A stretch of DNA of 64,000 bases. Origin: an uncultured Actinomycetes bacterium (GTDB taxonomy: Bacteria > Actinomycetota > Thermoleophilia > Gaiellales > Gaiellaceae). Below the pieces are notes generated by a model that saw only the letters and a list, made by a program, of their open reading frames with translations, was not told where the DNA came from and did not search any database. Numbering within the stretch: the stretch's first letter is position 1; each line of letters begins with the position of its first letter. Where the stretch lies: NCBI GenBank assembly GCA_963839285.1, contig CAWIUN010000009.1:13016-77015 (forward strand). The letters run 5' to 3'. The position numbers were made by a program, and so were the translations under genes. Shown here piece by piece: positions 11,082 through 19,908 of the stretch.

Positions 11082-11739
11082 GACGCCTGAGTGTAGACGA
11101 CCGCCGCCGGCGCAGGACTACGTAGAACGCCACAGCCACGACCGCCGCGGCGACCAGGTAGTCGGCGAACCGGAAGCCGTGGTGGAAGCGCTCGTAGCCG
11201 GTGCCGAGGCCGTAGCCGGCGCCGGCGAGCGCGAACGCCCAGACCGCGGAGCCGAGCAGCGTCAGGACGCTGTAGCGGCCGAGCGGCACCCGGAAGACGC
11301 CCGCCGGGATCGAGACGAAGGAGCGGACGACCGGGGTGACGCGGCCGAGGAGCACGGCCCAGTCGTCCCAGCGGTCGAACCAGGCCTCGGCGCGGTCGAG
11401 CCTCTGCTCGTCGAGGTGCAGCCAGCGGCCGTGGCGGGCGAGCAGCGGCCTGCCGCCGTAGAGGCCGATCGCCCAGCCGAGCCAGGAGCCGACCAGGTAG
11501 CCGAGCGTGCCGGCCAGCGCGATCGCGACGTAGGCGTCGATGCCGCTGCCGAGGTCGACGCCGGCGACATGGACGCTGTGCGAGGCGAAGGCGCCCGCCG
11601 CGAGCGCGCCCCCGTAGACCATCACGAGCTCGCTGAAGGCGGGCAGCACCGCGTCGACCAGCATCAGGCAGAAGACGGCGTAGAGGCCGTAGTCGCCGAC
11701 GAACGAGGTCAGCGAGCCCGAGATCGACGCCGGGACCAC
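11062..11739 (-). CDS. DedA family (SNARE-associated) membrane protein
   Basis: 225 aa, multi-TM, with WFDRWDDWAVLLGRVTPVVRSFVSIPAG, a typical DedA core. Confidence 0.8.
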   Translation of the reverse strand: MVPASISGSLTSFVGDYGLYAVFCLMLVDAVLPAFSELVMVYGGALAAGAFASHSVHVAGVDLGSGIDAYVAIALAGTLGYLVGSWLGWAIGLYGGRPLLARHGRWLHLDEQRLDRAEAWFDRWDDWAVLLGRVTPVVRSFVSIPAGVFRVPLGRYSVLTLLGSAVWAFALAGAGYGLGTGYERFHHGFRFADYLVAAAVVAVAFYVVLRRRRSSTLRRRADSAR

Positions 11740-11866
11740 CGGCGGATTCTACTTCAGCCGGCTGCGGCGGAAGACGCTCTGCTGCCGACAGCCGGACGGC
11801 TCCCGCCTGCCACCCGCCGAACCGCCGAACGACCGCAACCGCCCTCCCCGCCCACGCGCTCGTCCG

Positions 11867-12388
11867 GTGAGGCGGCTCGTCGCGGCGGCGCTCGCGCTCG
11901 GCGCCTACGAGGGACTCGTCCGCGGCGCCGTCACGCTCGACCTCGGGATCGGCCGCCGCGTGCAGCCGCTCGGCCCGCGCACCTGGCTGCTGCCGGCGCC
12001 CCGCGAGCGCGTCTTCGAGCTCGTGGCCGCGGCCTACGCCGAGCGGCGGCCGCGGGCGCTGCAGGCGAAGGTCGAGATCTGGGAGCGCGGCGAGGACATG
12101 GTGCTCGCCGCCCACAGGACGCGCGTCGGCCGCCGCACGGTCGTCACGGTCGAGACCGTCCGGCTCGAGCCGCCGGCGCTGATCGCGTTCCGGCTCGTGC
12201 GCGGCCCGGTGCCGCACGTCGCCGAGACGTTCGAGCTCGAGGAGGCGGACGGCGGCGCGACCCTGACCTGGCGCGGGGAGCTCGGCACCGACCTCGGGCC
12301 GGTCGGCGCCTTCTGGGGACGGCGCGTCGCCGCCGCCTGGGAGGCCGCCGTCGCCGCGTCGATCGCCGAGGTGCGGCACCATCTCTAG
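11867..12388 (+). CDS. SRPBCC (polyketide cyclase/dehydrase-like) family protein
   Basis: 173-aa ORF with high GC3. The pattern APRERVFELV...FRLVRGPVPHVAETFELEE..GGATLTWRGEL is typical of the START/Bet v1-like fold. Confidence 0.55.
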   Translation: MRRLVAAALALGAYEGLVRGAVTLDLGIGRRVQPLGPRTWLLPAPRERVFELVAAAYAERRPRALQAKVEIWERGEDMVLAAHRTRVGRRTVVTVETVRLEPPALIAFRLVRGPVPHVAETFELEEADGGATLTWRGELGTDLGPVGAFWGRRVAAAWEAAVAASIAEVRHHL

Positions 12389-12423
12389 CGCAGCCGCCCC
12401 CGGCCGCGAGATACGTTGACGGG

Positions 12424-13746
12424 GTGAGCGCCGCCGCCGAGACCCGCACGCAGCTCGTCGAAGGGCTGATGGAGCGCTTCCCGCACGTGCCGCGGGAGGC
12501 GGTGCTGAAGGAGGACCTGCTCCGCACCGGCATCGACTTCGACGTCTCGGCCCTGACCGACAACCTCGACGGCGAGGTGAAGCCGAAGTCGTACTTCATC
12601 TTCTCGTTCGACCAGAAGCCGCTCGCGCAGCTCGGCGAGGCGGCGCTGCGGCGGCCGCCGGAGGAGGTGGCGCTGAGCGGCGGCCCCTGGGAGCTGCGGC
12701 GCACGATCGTCTCCGTCCGCGTCAACCCCGGCTCGCCCTACCGCGCCCGGCTCGGCGAGGACGGCGGCCTGCGGCTCGAGCTCGACGGCCGCCCGGTCGC
12801 GGACGTCGCCCTGCCGCCGATGCCCGAGTACTACCGCCACACGCTCGCGAACGGGAAGACCGTGATGGAGACGGCGCCGACGATCCAGTGGGGCTACCTC
12901 GTCTACCTGACCGTGCTGCGCCTCTGCCAGTACTTCGGCGCGCACGAGGAGTGCAAGTTCTGCGACATCAACCACAACTGGCGCCAGCACAAGCGGGCGG
13001 GCCGGCCCTACACCGGGGTGAAGCCGGTCGAGGACGTCGTCGAGGCGCTCGCGCTGATCGACCGCTACGACGACGGCGCCTCGAAGGCGTACACGCTGAC
13101 CGGCGGCTCGGTCACGAGCACCGTCGACGGCCTCGCCGAGGCCGACTTCTACGGCCGCTACGCCCGGGCGATCGAGGAGCGCTTCCCCGGCCGCTGGATC
13201 GGCAAGGTCGTGGCGCAGGCGCTGCCGAAGGCCGACGTCCAGCGCTTCGCCGACTACGGCGTCAAGATCTACCACCCGAACTACGAGGTCTGGGACAAGC
13301 GGCTGTTCGAGATCATCTCCCCCGGCAAGGAGCGCTACGTCGGCCGCGAGGAGTGGCACCGGCGGATCTTCGACGCGGCCGAGGTGTTCGGGCCGCGCTA
13401 CGTGATCCCGAACTTCGTCGCCGGGGTCGAGCTGGCCAGGCCGTTCGGCTTCGCGACCGTCGACGAGGCGATCGCGTCGACGACGGAGGGGCTCGAGTAC
13501 TTCATGAGCCGCGGGATCACGCCCCGCTTCACGACCTGGTGCCCGGAGCCCGCGACCCCGCTCGGGCGCGACAACCCGGAGGGCGCGCCGCTCGAGTACC
13601 ACATCCGCCTGCTCGAGGCCTACCGCGCGACGCTCGAGCGCAACGGGCTCGAGCCGCCGCCCGGCTACGGCCCGGCCGGCCCCGGCAACGCGGTCTTCTC
13701 GGTCAGCTCGTTCATGGACTCGCTCGAGGCGCCGGTGACCGCATGA
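12424..13746 (+). CDS. Radical-SAM-like TIM-barrel enzyme with a non-canonical CX8CX2C cysteine triad and an unassigned 130-aa N-terminal domain
   Basis: Starts at GTG 12424, inside the long 10828..13746 ORF. Core reads LRLCQYFGAHEECKFCDINHNW...TLTGGS...HPNYEVW...NFVAGVEL (GG and GxxE-type radical SAM elements). Only 4 Cys in 440 aa and no CX3CX2C. ATGA overlap with the next gene. Confidence 0.7.
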   Translation: MSAAAETRTQLVEGLMERFPHVPREAVLKEDLLRTGIDFDVSALTDNLDGEVKPKSYFIFSFDQKPLAQLGEAALRRPPEEVALSGGPWELRRTIVSVRVNPGSPYRARLGEDGGLRLELDGRPVADVALPPMPEYYRHTLANGKTVMETAPTIQWGYLVYLTVLRLCQYFGAHEECKFCDINHNWRQHKRAGRPYTGVKPVEDVVEALALIDRYDDGASKAYTLTGGSVTSTVDGLAEADFYGRYARAIEERFPGRWIGKVVAQALPKADVQRFADYGVKIYHPNYEVWDKRLFEIISPGKERYVGREEWHRRIFDAAEVFGPRYVIPNFVAGVELARPFGFATVDEAIASTTEGLEYFMSRGITPRFTTWCPEPATPLGRDNPEGAPLEYHIRLLEAYRATLERNGLEPPPGYGPAGPGNAVFSVSSFMDSLEAPVTA

Positions 13747-14786
13747 CGCGGATCTCGGTCGACGAGGCGCGGGCGCTCTGGCACGAGGCCTCCGACGAGG
13801 AGCTGCGCCGGCTCGCGCAGGAGGCGCGCGGGCGCTTCCACGAGCCCGACCGCGCGACCTACATGGTCATGCGGATCATCAACTACACGAACGTCTGCGT
13901 CGCCCAGTGCGACTACTGCGCCTTCTACGTGCTCCCGAACCGGCCCGGCGGCTACGTGCTCTCGCGCGACGAGGTCTTCGCCAAGATCGACGAGCTGCTC
14001 GAGCTCGGCGGCGACCTCGTCGGCTTCAACGGCGGCTTCAACCCGCGGCTGCCGCTCGACTACTACGCCGACCTCTTCCGCGCCGTGCGCGAGCGCTACG
14101 GCGACCGGGTCGAGTTCTACGCGCTCACGATCGCCGAGTTCCTCTACCTCGCCGACCGCGCCGGCCTCTCGCACGCCGAGGCGGCGGCGCGCCTGCGCGA
14201 GGCGGGCGTCCACTGGGTCACCGGCGGCGGCTCCGAGATCCTGACCGAGGACTTCCGGGCGCGGCACGCCAAGTTCAAGTACACGGTCGCCGACTACTTC
14301 GAGGCGCAGCGGGCGATCGTCGACGCAGGCATGCGGACGACCGCGACGATGGTGATCGGCTTCGACGAGACGCTCGACGAGCGGCTCGAGCACCTGCAGC
14401 GGACGCGCGACTTCCAGGACGGCTGCCTCCGCGACGGCCACGACGGCCTCTTCTCGTTCCTCTGCTGGACGTACAAGCCGTACGGCACCGACCTCGGCGG
14501 CGACGAGATCTCGCCGCAGGAGTACCGGCGCTGGATGGCGCTCTCGCGGATCTTCCTCGACAACGTCAGGCACTTCCGCACCTCGGTGCTGACCCAGAAC
14601 GAGGAGGCGTTCCGCGCGCTCGACTACGGCGCCGACGACTTCGACCTGCCGATCGAGGACGAGGTGACGCAGAAGGCGGGCGCGACGATCGAGCTCGACC
14701 TCGAGGGCCTGCTGGCGGTGCCGCGGAGGCTCGGCTACCGGGTCGAGTACCGCCGCGCCGAGCGGCCCGCGGCGTTCGCGGCCTAG
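13743..14786 (+). CDS. CofH/MqnC/MqnE-family radical SAM enzyme (futalosine-pathway menaquinone biosynthesis)
   Basis: 347 aa. INYTNVCVAQCDYCAF (CX3CX2C), GGFNP, TGGGSEI and MVIGFDET...FLCWTYKP. I cannot distinguish MqnC from MqnE by eye. Confidence 0.85.
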   Translation: MTRISVDEARALWHEASDEELRRLAQEARGRFHEPDRATYMVMRIINYTNVCVAQCDYCAFYVLPNRPGGYVLSRDEVFAKIDELLELGGDLVGFNGGFNPRLPLDYYADLFRAVRERYGDRVEFYALTIAEFLYLADRAGLSHAEAAARLREAGVHWVTGGGSEILTEDFRARHAKFKYTVADYFEAQRAIVDAGMRTTATMVIGFDETLDERLEHLQRTRDFQDGCLRDGHDGLFSFLCWTYKPYGTDLGGDEISPQEYRRWMALSRIFLDNVRHFRTSVLTQNEEAFRALDYGADDFDLPIEDEVTQKAGATIELDLEGLLAVPRRLGYRVEYRRAERPAAFAA

Positions 14787-14830
14787 CGTCCGGGCTGCGC
14801 GAGATCGCCGAGCGACTCTAGACTCGGCGC

Positions 14831-15195
14831 GTGGCCGTCCGGTGGATCAAGCCGAACATCCGCTCCGACCGCTTCGACGAGAGCCGGGCCTTCTACACCG
14901 GGGTGATCGGCCTCGAGGAGGGCAGGCGGCCTCGACTGGATCCTCTTCTTCGGCGGCAGGCGGCGAGAGGTGCAGCTGAGCGTGATGACGCTCGACGTCG
15001 CGGCCGGGCATCCACCCGGACGTCTCGATCGAGGTCGACGACGTCGACGCCGTCCACGAGCGGGCGGTCGCAGCGGGCGCCGAGATCGTCCACCCGCTGA
15101 CCGACGAGGCCTGGGGGCTGCGGCGGTTCTTCGTGCGCGACCCGAACGGGGCGGTCGTCAACGTCACGCAGCACCCGCCGGCCGGGGAGCCTCCC
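14831..15195 (+). CDS. VOC/glyoxalase domain protein; two +1 frameshifts (about 14925 and about 15010); runs without a stop into the cupin ORF
   Basis: VRWIKPNIRSDRFDESRAFYTGVIGLEEG (frame 2), GLDWILFFGG..EVQLSVMTLD (frame 0) and HPDVSIEVDDVDAVHERAVAAGAEIVHPLTDEAWGLRRFFVRDPNGAVVNVTQH (frame 1) together make one complete VOC domain. Confidence 0.6.
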
Positions 15196-15198
15196 CCG

Positions 15199-15735
15199 GT
15201 GCCCGAGGCGCCGCTCGAGCGGACCGAGCAGGGGCTCGTGCCGGCGGGCGAAGGCTGGTTCGTGCTCAACGCCCGCGACGCGCGCTGGCGCGCCGGCGGC
15301 CGTCCCGCGATCTGCGCCTTCGAGGGCGAGCCGAGGTTCGAGCAGCTCGGCCTCAACCTGAACGTGCTCGCGCCGGGCGAGCCGATGTCGATGTACCACT
15401 GGGAGGCCGACCAGGAGGACTTCCTCGTCCTCGAAGGCGAGGCGCTGCTGCTCGTCGAAGGCGAGGAGCGGCCGCTCCGCCGCTGGGATCTCGTCCACTG
15501 CCCGGCCGGGGCGCGGCACACGATCGTCGGCGCCGGCGCGGGGCCCTGCCTCGTGCTCGCGCTCGGCGCGCGCGACCGCTCGGAAGGGCCGGACTGGGGC
15601 GGCTACCCGGTCGACGAGGCGGCCGTGCGGCACGGCGCGGGTGTCGAGCGCGCGACGACCGACCCGCGCGAGGCCTATGCCCGCTTCGCGCAGCGCGCGC
15701 CGACCGGCTACCGGGACGGCTGGCTGCCGGACTGA
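15199..15735 (+). CDS. Cupin domain-containing protein (possibly the C-terminal half of a VOC-cupin fusion)
   Basis: GTG 15199 is preceded by GGGGAG. GEGWFVLNARDARW...GEPMSMYHWEADQEDFLVLEGEALLLVEGEERPLRRWDLVHCPAGARH is a classic cupin two-motif barrel. Same frame as the last VOC segment. Confidence 0.7.
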   Translation: MPEAPLERTEQGLVPAGEGWFVLNARDARWRAGGRPAICAFEGEPRFEQLGLNLNVLAPGEPMSMYHWEADQEDFLVLEGEALLLVEGEERPLRRWDLVHCPAGARHTIVGAGAGPCLVLALGARDRSEGPDWGGYPVDEAAVRHGAGVERATTDPREAYARFAQRAPTGYRDGWLPD

Positions 15736-15737
15736 AG

Positions 15738-16503
15738 CTACGCCGCGGCGCCGGCGGGCGCGACGAAGCGGAGCTCGGGCACCTCGTCGAGCTCGCCGAC
15801 CTGCTGCGCCAGCTCGAGGAAGGTGTAGAGGCCGGCGCGCTCGCGGGGGCCGAAGCGGTAGCGGAGCTTCTCGAAGTAGCGCGCGACGAAGCCGGCCGGG
15901 TAGCCGTAGCGCTCGGAGGCCTCGAAGGCGAGCTGCTCCGGCTCGCTCCGCGCCAGCTGCACCGAGGCGACGAGCGCCTCCTCGAGCGCGCCGATCCCGT
16001 CCGGGGCCGGCTCGCGGACGGCCCAGACGGCGAAGACCATCGGCAGGCCGGTCCGCTCGAGCCAGAGGCGGCCGAGGTCGTAGTGCGGCGTCGGGTCCTC
16101 GAACGAGGAGCGCAGGGCCGCGTCGCCGATCAAGCAGCTTCGCCTCCGCCTCCTCGCCGAGCGGCACGTGCTCGGCGTCGGGGAAGAGCACCTTCGTCAG
16201 CACGACCGAGGTCGCCGACTCGGGCGTGACCGCGACGACGCGCACGCGCTCGGGCGGGGTCTTCGTCACGAGCTGGATCGACTCGACCGCGCCCTCGGAG
16301 GAGACGCAGAGACCCGGCAGCACGCGCAGCCGGTCGGCGTGGCGCGCGTAGGCGATCGAGGAGATCGGGGCGACGTCGATCTCGCCGGCGACGAGCTGCC
16401 GGTTCAGGGTCGTCGGCACGCCCTGCACCTCCTCGTACTCGGCGCCGACCCGGTAGAAGACCGGCGCCATGTTCAGGTAGGAGATGCGGCCCAGCCTGAT
16501 CAC
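15738..16503 (-). CDS. mqnA: Chorismate dehydratase MqnA (futalosine pathway); +1 frameshift near 16133
   Basis: MIRLGRISYLNMAPVFY...GEIDVAPISSIAY...EAKLL joins IGDAALRSSFEDPTPHYDLGRLWLERTGLPMVFAVWAV (ORF 15738..16133) after removal of one base. Confidence 0.85.
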
Positions 16504-16516
16504 GGCTCGGCTCCGG

Positions 16517-17434
16517 TCACGAGACCCGGTCGACGACGGCGTAGGTCAGGGCCTCGAGCTCCTCGCGGTGGAGGGCGCCGTCAAGGAGGCCTCGCGCCTC
16601 GCGGGCGTACTCGAGCGCGACGGCGCGCGAGCGCTCGATCGCGCCCGAGGCGGCGACGCGGATCAGGGCGCCGTCGATCGGCCCGCCGGCCAGCGCCTGC
16701 GCCACCACCTCGTCCTCGCGCGCCGCGAGCAGGAGCGGCAGCGTCGGCGTGCCCTCGCGCAGGTCGGTGCCGGCGATCTTGCCGGTCTCGACCGTCTGGC
16801 CCGCGCAGTCGAGGATGTCGTCGGCGATCTGGAAGGCGATCCCGAGCGCGAGCCCGAAGCGGCCGAGGTCGAGGTCGAAGCCGCCGCCGAGCAGGCACGC
16901 GGCCTCGAACAGCTTCCCCGTCTTGAGGGCGCAGCGCTCGAGGTAGCTCTCGACCGTCGTCGCCGCGTCGTGGGTCTGGCGCCGCTGCAGCGCCTCGCCG
17001 CGGGCGAGGCAGAGCGCCGCGTCGGCGAGGACGGCGACCGCACGCGGGTCGCCGGCGGCGGTCAGCTCCGAGAAGGCGCGCGCGAACAGGTAGTCGCCGG
17101 CCGCGCGCGCCGCGTCGGCGCCGAACACGGACCAGGCGGAGGCGCGGCCGCGCCGCACCTCGGCGCCGTCGATCAGGTCGTCGTGGACGAGCGTCGCCAT
17201 GTGGACGAGCTCGACGGCGACGCCGGCCGCGACCGGGGCGGCGGAGCGCTCGGGCGAGGCGAGGAAGACGAGCAGCGGCCGCAGCCGCTTGCCGCCGGCG
17301 GCGAGGGCCTGCTCGCCGACCGAGGCGACGAGCCCGGGATGGCTCGCGACCGTCCCCTGCAGCCGCTCCTCCAGCTCCTCGAGGTAGGAGTCGAGCCCGG
17401 GCGCCTCGCGGATCGCGGCCAGCGTCGGGATCAC
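16517..17434 (-). CDS. Polyprenyl diphosphate synthase (trans-isoprenyl diphosphate synthase; menaquinone side chain)
   Basis: 305 aa with both aspartate-rich motifs, LVHDDLID and QIADDILD. GKRLRP motif near the N-terminus. Confidence 0.9.
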   Translation of the reverse strand: MIPTLAAIREAPGLDSYLEELEERLQGTVASHPGLVASVGEQALAAGGKRLRPLLVFLASPERSAAPVAAGVAVELVHMATLVHDDLIDGAEVRRGRASAWSVFGADAARAAGDYLFARAFSELTAAGDPRAVAVLADAALCLARGEALQRRQTHDAATTVESYLERCALKTGKLFEAACLLGGGFDLDLGRFGLALGIAFQIADDILDCAGQTVETGKIAGTDLREGTPTLPLLLAAREDEVVAQALAGGPIDGALIRVAASGAIERSRAVALEYAREARGLLDGALHREELEALTYAVVDRVS

Positions 17435-18117
17435 GACGGCACCACCCCGACGTGCAGCGCGACGATCCCGCCGGCGAAGGTGCGGTACTCGACCCCGCGG
17501 AAGCCGCAGGCCTCGAGCAGCCCCGCCAGCTCGCCGACCTGCGGGAAGCGGCGCACGCTCGCCGGCAGGTAGGTGTAGGCGGCGCCGCCCGGGAGCAGCC
17601 GGCCGAGCAGCGGCACGACCCGGTCGAACCAGAGCGAGTAGAAGACCCGCAGCGGGCCCGTCGGCCGCGTGATCTCGAGCACGCCGAGCCGGCCGCCGGG
17701 CCGGAGCACGCGGCGGAGCTCGCGCAGCCCCGCCTCGAGGTCGTCGAGGTTGCGGACGCCGAAGCCGACGGTGGCGGCGTCGAAGGAGCCGTCGGGGAAC
17801 GGCAGCGCGAGCGCGTCCCCCTGCACGAAGCGAAGCTGCGGCGCCTTCCGCCGCGCCCGCTCGAGCATCCGCTCCGAGAAGTCGAGCCCGGTGACGCGCC
17901 CGCCCGCGCGCGCGGCGGCGAGCGCGAGGTCGCCGGTGCCGCAGGCCGCGTCGAGCACCTCGTCTCCCTCGCGGACGACGCGCTCGGCCGTGATCCGGCG
18001 CCAGCGGCGGTCGAGCCCCGCCGTCATCACGCGGTTCATCACGTCGTAGACCGGTGCGATCCGGTCGAACATCGTCCGCACCGCGTCCGGCGCGAGCCTG
18101 CCTGTCTCGGCCGTCAT
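17431..18117 (-). CDS. ubiE: Demethylmenaquinone/ubiquinone methyltransferase UbiE/MenG
   Basis: 228 aa. MFDRIAPVYDVMNRVMTAGLDRRWRR and the SAM motif VLDAACGTGDL. Overlaps the polyprenyl synthase start. Confidence 0.9.
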   Translation of the reverse strand: MTAETGRLAPDAVRTMFDRIAPVYDVMNRVMTAGLDRRWRRITAERVVREGDEVLDAACGTGDLALAAARAGGRVTGLDFSERMLERARRKAPQLRFVQGDALALPFPDGSFDAATVGFGVRNLDDLEAGLRELRRVLRPGGRLGVLEITRPTGPLRVFYSLWFDRVVPLLGRLLPGGAAYTYLPASVRRFPQVGELAGLLEACGFRGVEYRTFAGGIVALHVGVVPS

Positions 18118-18246
18118 TGCCCCTCGCGTTGTATCAGGCTGCCGCCGTCTCCCAGCCGGGCGAGCGGGCTTCCCAGCCTGCCGGCGCCGCGCTCGACGCC
18201 CGCTATGCCGGGGAAGACGCGCACGGCACCTCCCCCGCCGCCACGG

Positions 18247-19080
18247 CTACTGCGGGCCCTTCGAGGCCTCGAGGAAGACCGCGAGCTGGCGCAGCTGCGT
18301 CTCCGTGAAGTCGGCGAAGCTCGGCATCGGCGAGCCCGGGTTGACGCAGCTCGGGCACTTGAGGTGGCGGATCTGGAAGTCGATGCCGAGGTTCTTCGTC
18401 CCGATCTTCGTCAGGTCGGGGGCGCCGAGGTTCGAGGAGCCGGCGCCGAGGTAGGTGTGGCAGTTCATGCAGCCGGACTGCGCGAACAGGCGCGCGCCGG
18501 GCACCGCCGCCTGCGGCAGGTTCTCGCGCTCGACCCAGCTCGGCACCTTCGCGAGCAGCTCGCTGCCGAGCGCCTCCTTCGCGGTCGCGCCCTTGTAGGT
18601 GAGGACGCCCATCGAGACGACGGTCAGGATCGCCGCGACGATCGCGACCGGCCGCCGCGAGAGCCGCCGCTCGGCGCGCAGGTCGAAGAACGGCAGCCCG
18701 AGCAGCAGGATCAGGCAGATCGTCGGGATCCCGATCGTGCCGAGGATGACCGACTCCGGCCACTTGAAGATCCGCAGCAGGTAGAAGAGGAAGTAGAAGT
18801 ACCAGTCCGGCCGCGGGACGAAGTTGATCGTGCCCGGGTCGGCCGGGTCGTCGTAGAGCCGCCCGAGGATGCCGCTCGCGCTCGCGCCGCCGTCGTGGCT
18901 CTCGGCCGCCGTGAACTTCCAGAGGATCGCGAGGCCGACGATCACCGACACGACGACGAGCGACATGATCGTGTCGTGGAGCATCGCGTAGGGGTGGAAC
19001 GGCTTCCCCCGCTCCTTGACGTCGGCCTTGTACTGCTGGAACTCGCTGCGGCGGCGCTGGATCCGGCTGCTAACGGCCAC
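18247..19080 (-). CDS. qcrC: Menaquinol:cytochrome c reductase QcrC-type subunit (cytochrome b subunit-IV-like domain fused to mono-haem cytochrome c)
   Basis: 277 aa. N-terminal 3-TM region with PRPDWYFYFLFYLLR (PEWY-type Qo motif). C-terminal domain carries CMNCH haem-binding and PMP Met-ligand motifs. Same architecture as Bacillus QcrC. Confidence 0.8.
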   Translation of the reverse strand: MAVSSRIQRRRSEFQQYKADVKERGKPFHPYAMLHDTIMSLVVVSVIVGLAILWKFTAAESHDGGASASGILGRLYDDPADPGTINFVPRPDWYFYFLFYLLRIFKWPESVILGTIGIPTICLILLLGLPFFDLRAERRLSRRPVAIVAAILTVVSMGVLTYKGATAKEALGSELLAKVPSWVERENLPQAAVPGARLFAQSGCMNCHTYLGAGSSNLGAPDLTKIGTKNLGIDFQIRHLKCPSCVNPGSPMPSFADFTETQLRQLAVFLEASKGPQ

Positions 19081-19908
19081 GGCCCGTCCCCCGGCTGGTC
19101 GGCTTGACGAGTCCGGCGCGCGCGCCGTTTCCGGACGGGGCGGCGCCGTCGAGCGGACCGCTGCCGGCGGCCTCCTTCGACCAGGGCGGCGAGGAGACGC
19201 CGAGGCGCACGACGAGGTAGAGGTGCAGCCCGATCATCCCCATGATCGCCCCGGGCAGGAGCAGCATGTGGATCGAGTAGAAGCGGCTGAGCGTGCTCCG
19301 GGCCGATCTCGGCCCCACCTCGGAGGAGCGAGGCGATGAAGGGCCCCAGGAACGGCGCCGTGCCGTTGATGTTGACGCCGACCACGGTCGCCCAGTACGC
19401 GGTCTGGTCCCAGGGGAGCAGGTAGCCGGTGAAGCCCTCGAACATGCCGATCGCGAGCAGCAGCACGCCGATGATCCAGTTCAGCTCGCGCGGGTACTTG
19501 TAGGCGCCGAAGAGGAACACGCGCCCCATGTGCATGAACATCAGGATGATGAAGACCGAGGCGCCCCAGCGATGCATGCCGCGGACGAGCCAGCCCCAGG
19601 TCAGGTCGTTGGTGATGTGCTGGATCGACGAGTACGCGACGGCGCGGCCCGTCTGCGGGTCGACCGTCGCGCTCGGCTCGTAGTACATCGCCAGGATCAC
19701 GCCGGTCAGCGCCTGGACGAGGAACGCCGTCAGCGTCGCCGAGCCCAGCGTCTGGAACCAGTCCGTGTCGCCCGGGACCTTGCGGAAGAGGAAGTAGCGG
19801 ACGCCGCCGACGAGGCCGGAGCGCTCCTCGAGCCAGTCGACCGGGTAGAGCGCGGCGCGCCTTCAGCTGCTCGCGGCGCTGCGCGCGGATGTCTGCCCGG
19901 GTCGCCAT
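19070..19908 (-). CDS. qcrB: Cytochrome b6-type subunit QcrB; two frameshifts (about 19855 and about 19300)
   Basis: MATRADIRAQRREQLK / ALYPVDWLEERSGLVGGVRYFLFRKVP...WGWLVRGMHRWGASVFIILMFMHMGRVFLFGAYKYPRELNW...LPWDQTAYWA / TLSRFYSIHMLLLPG is reconstructed from three frames. The His ligand regions are present. Confidence 0.85.
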
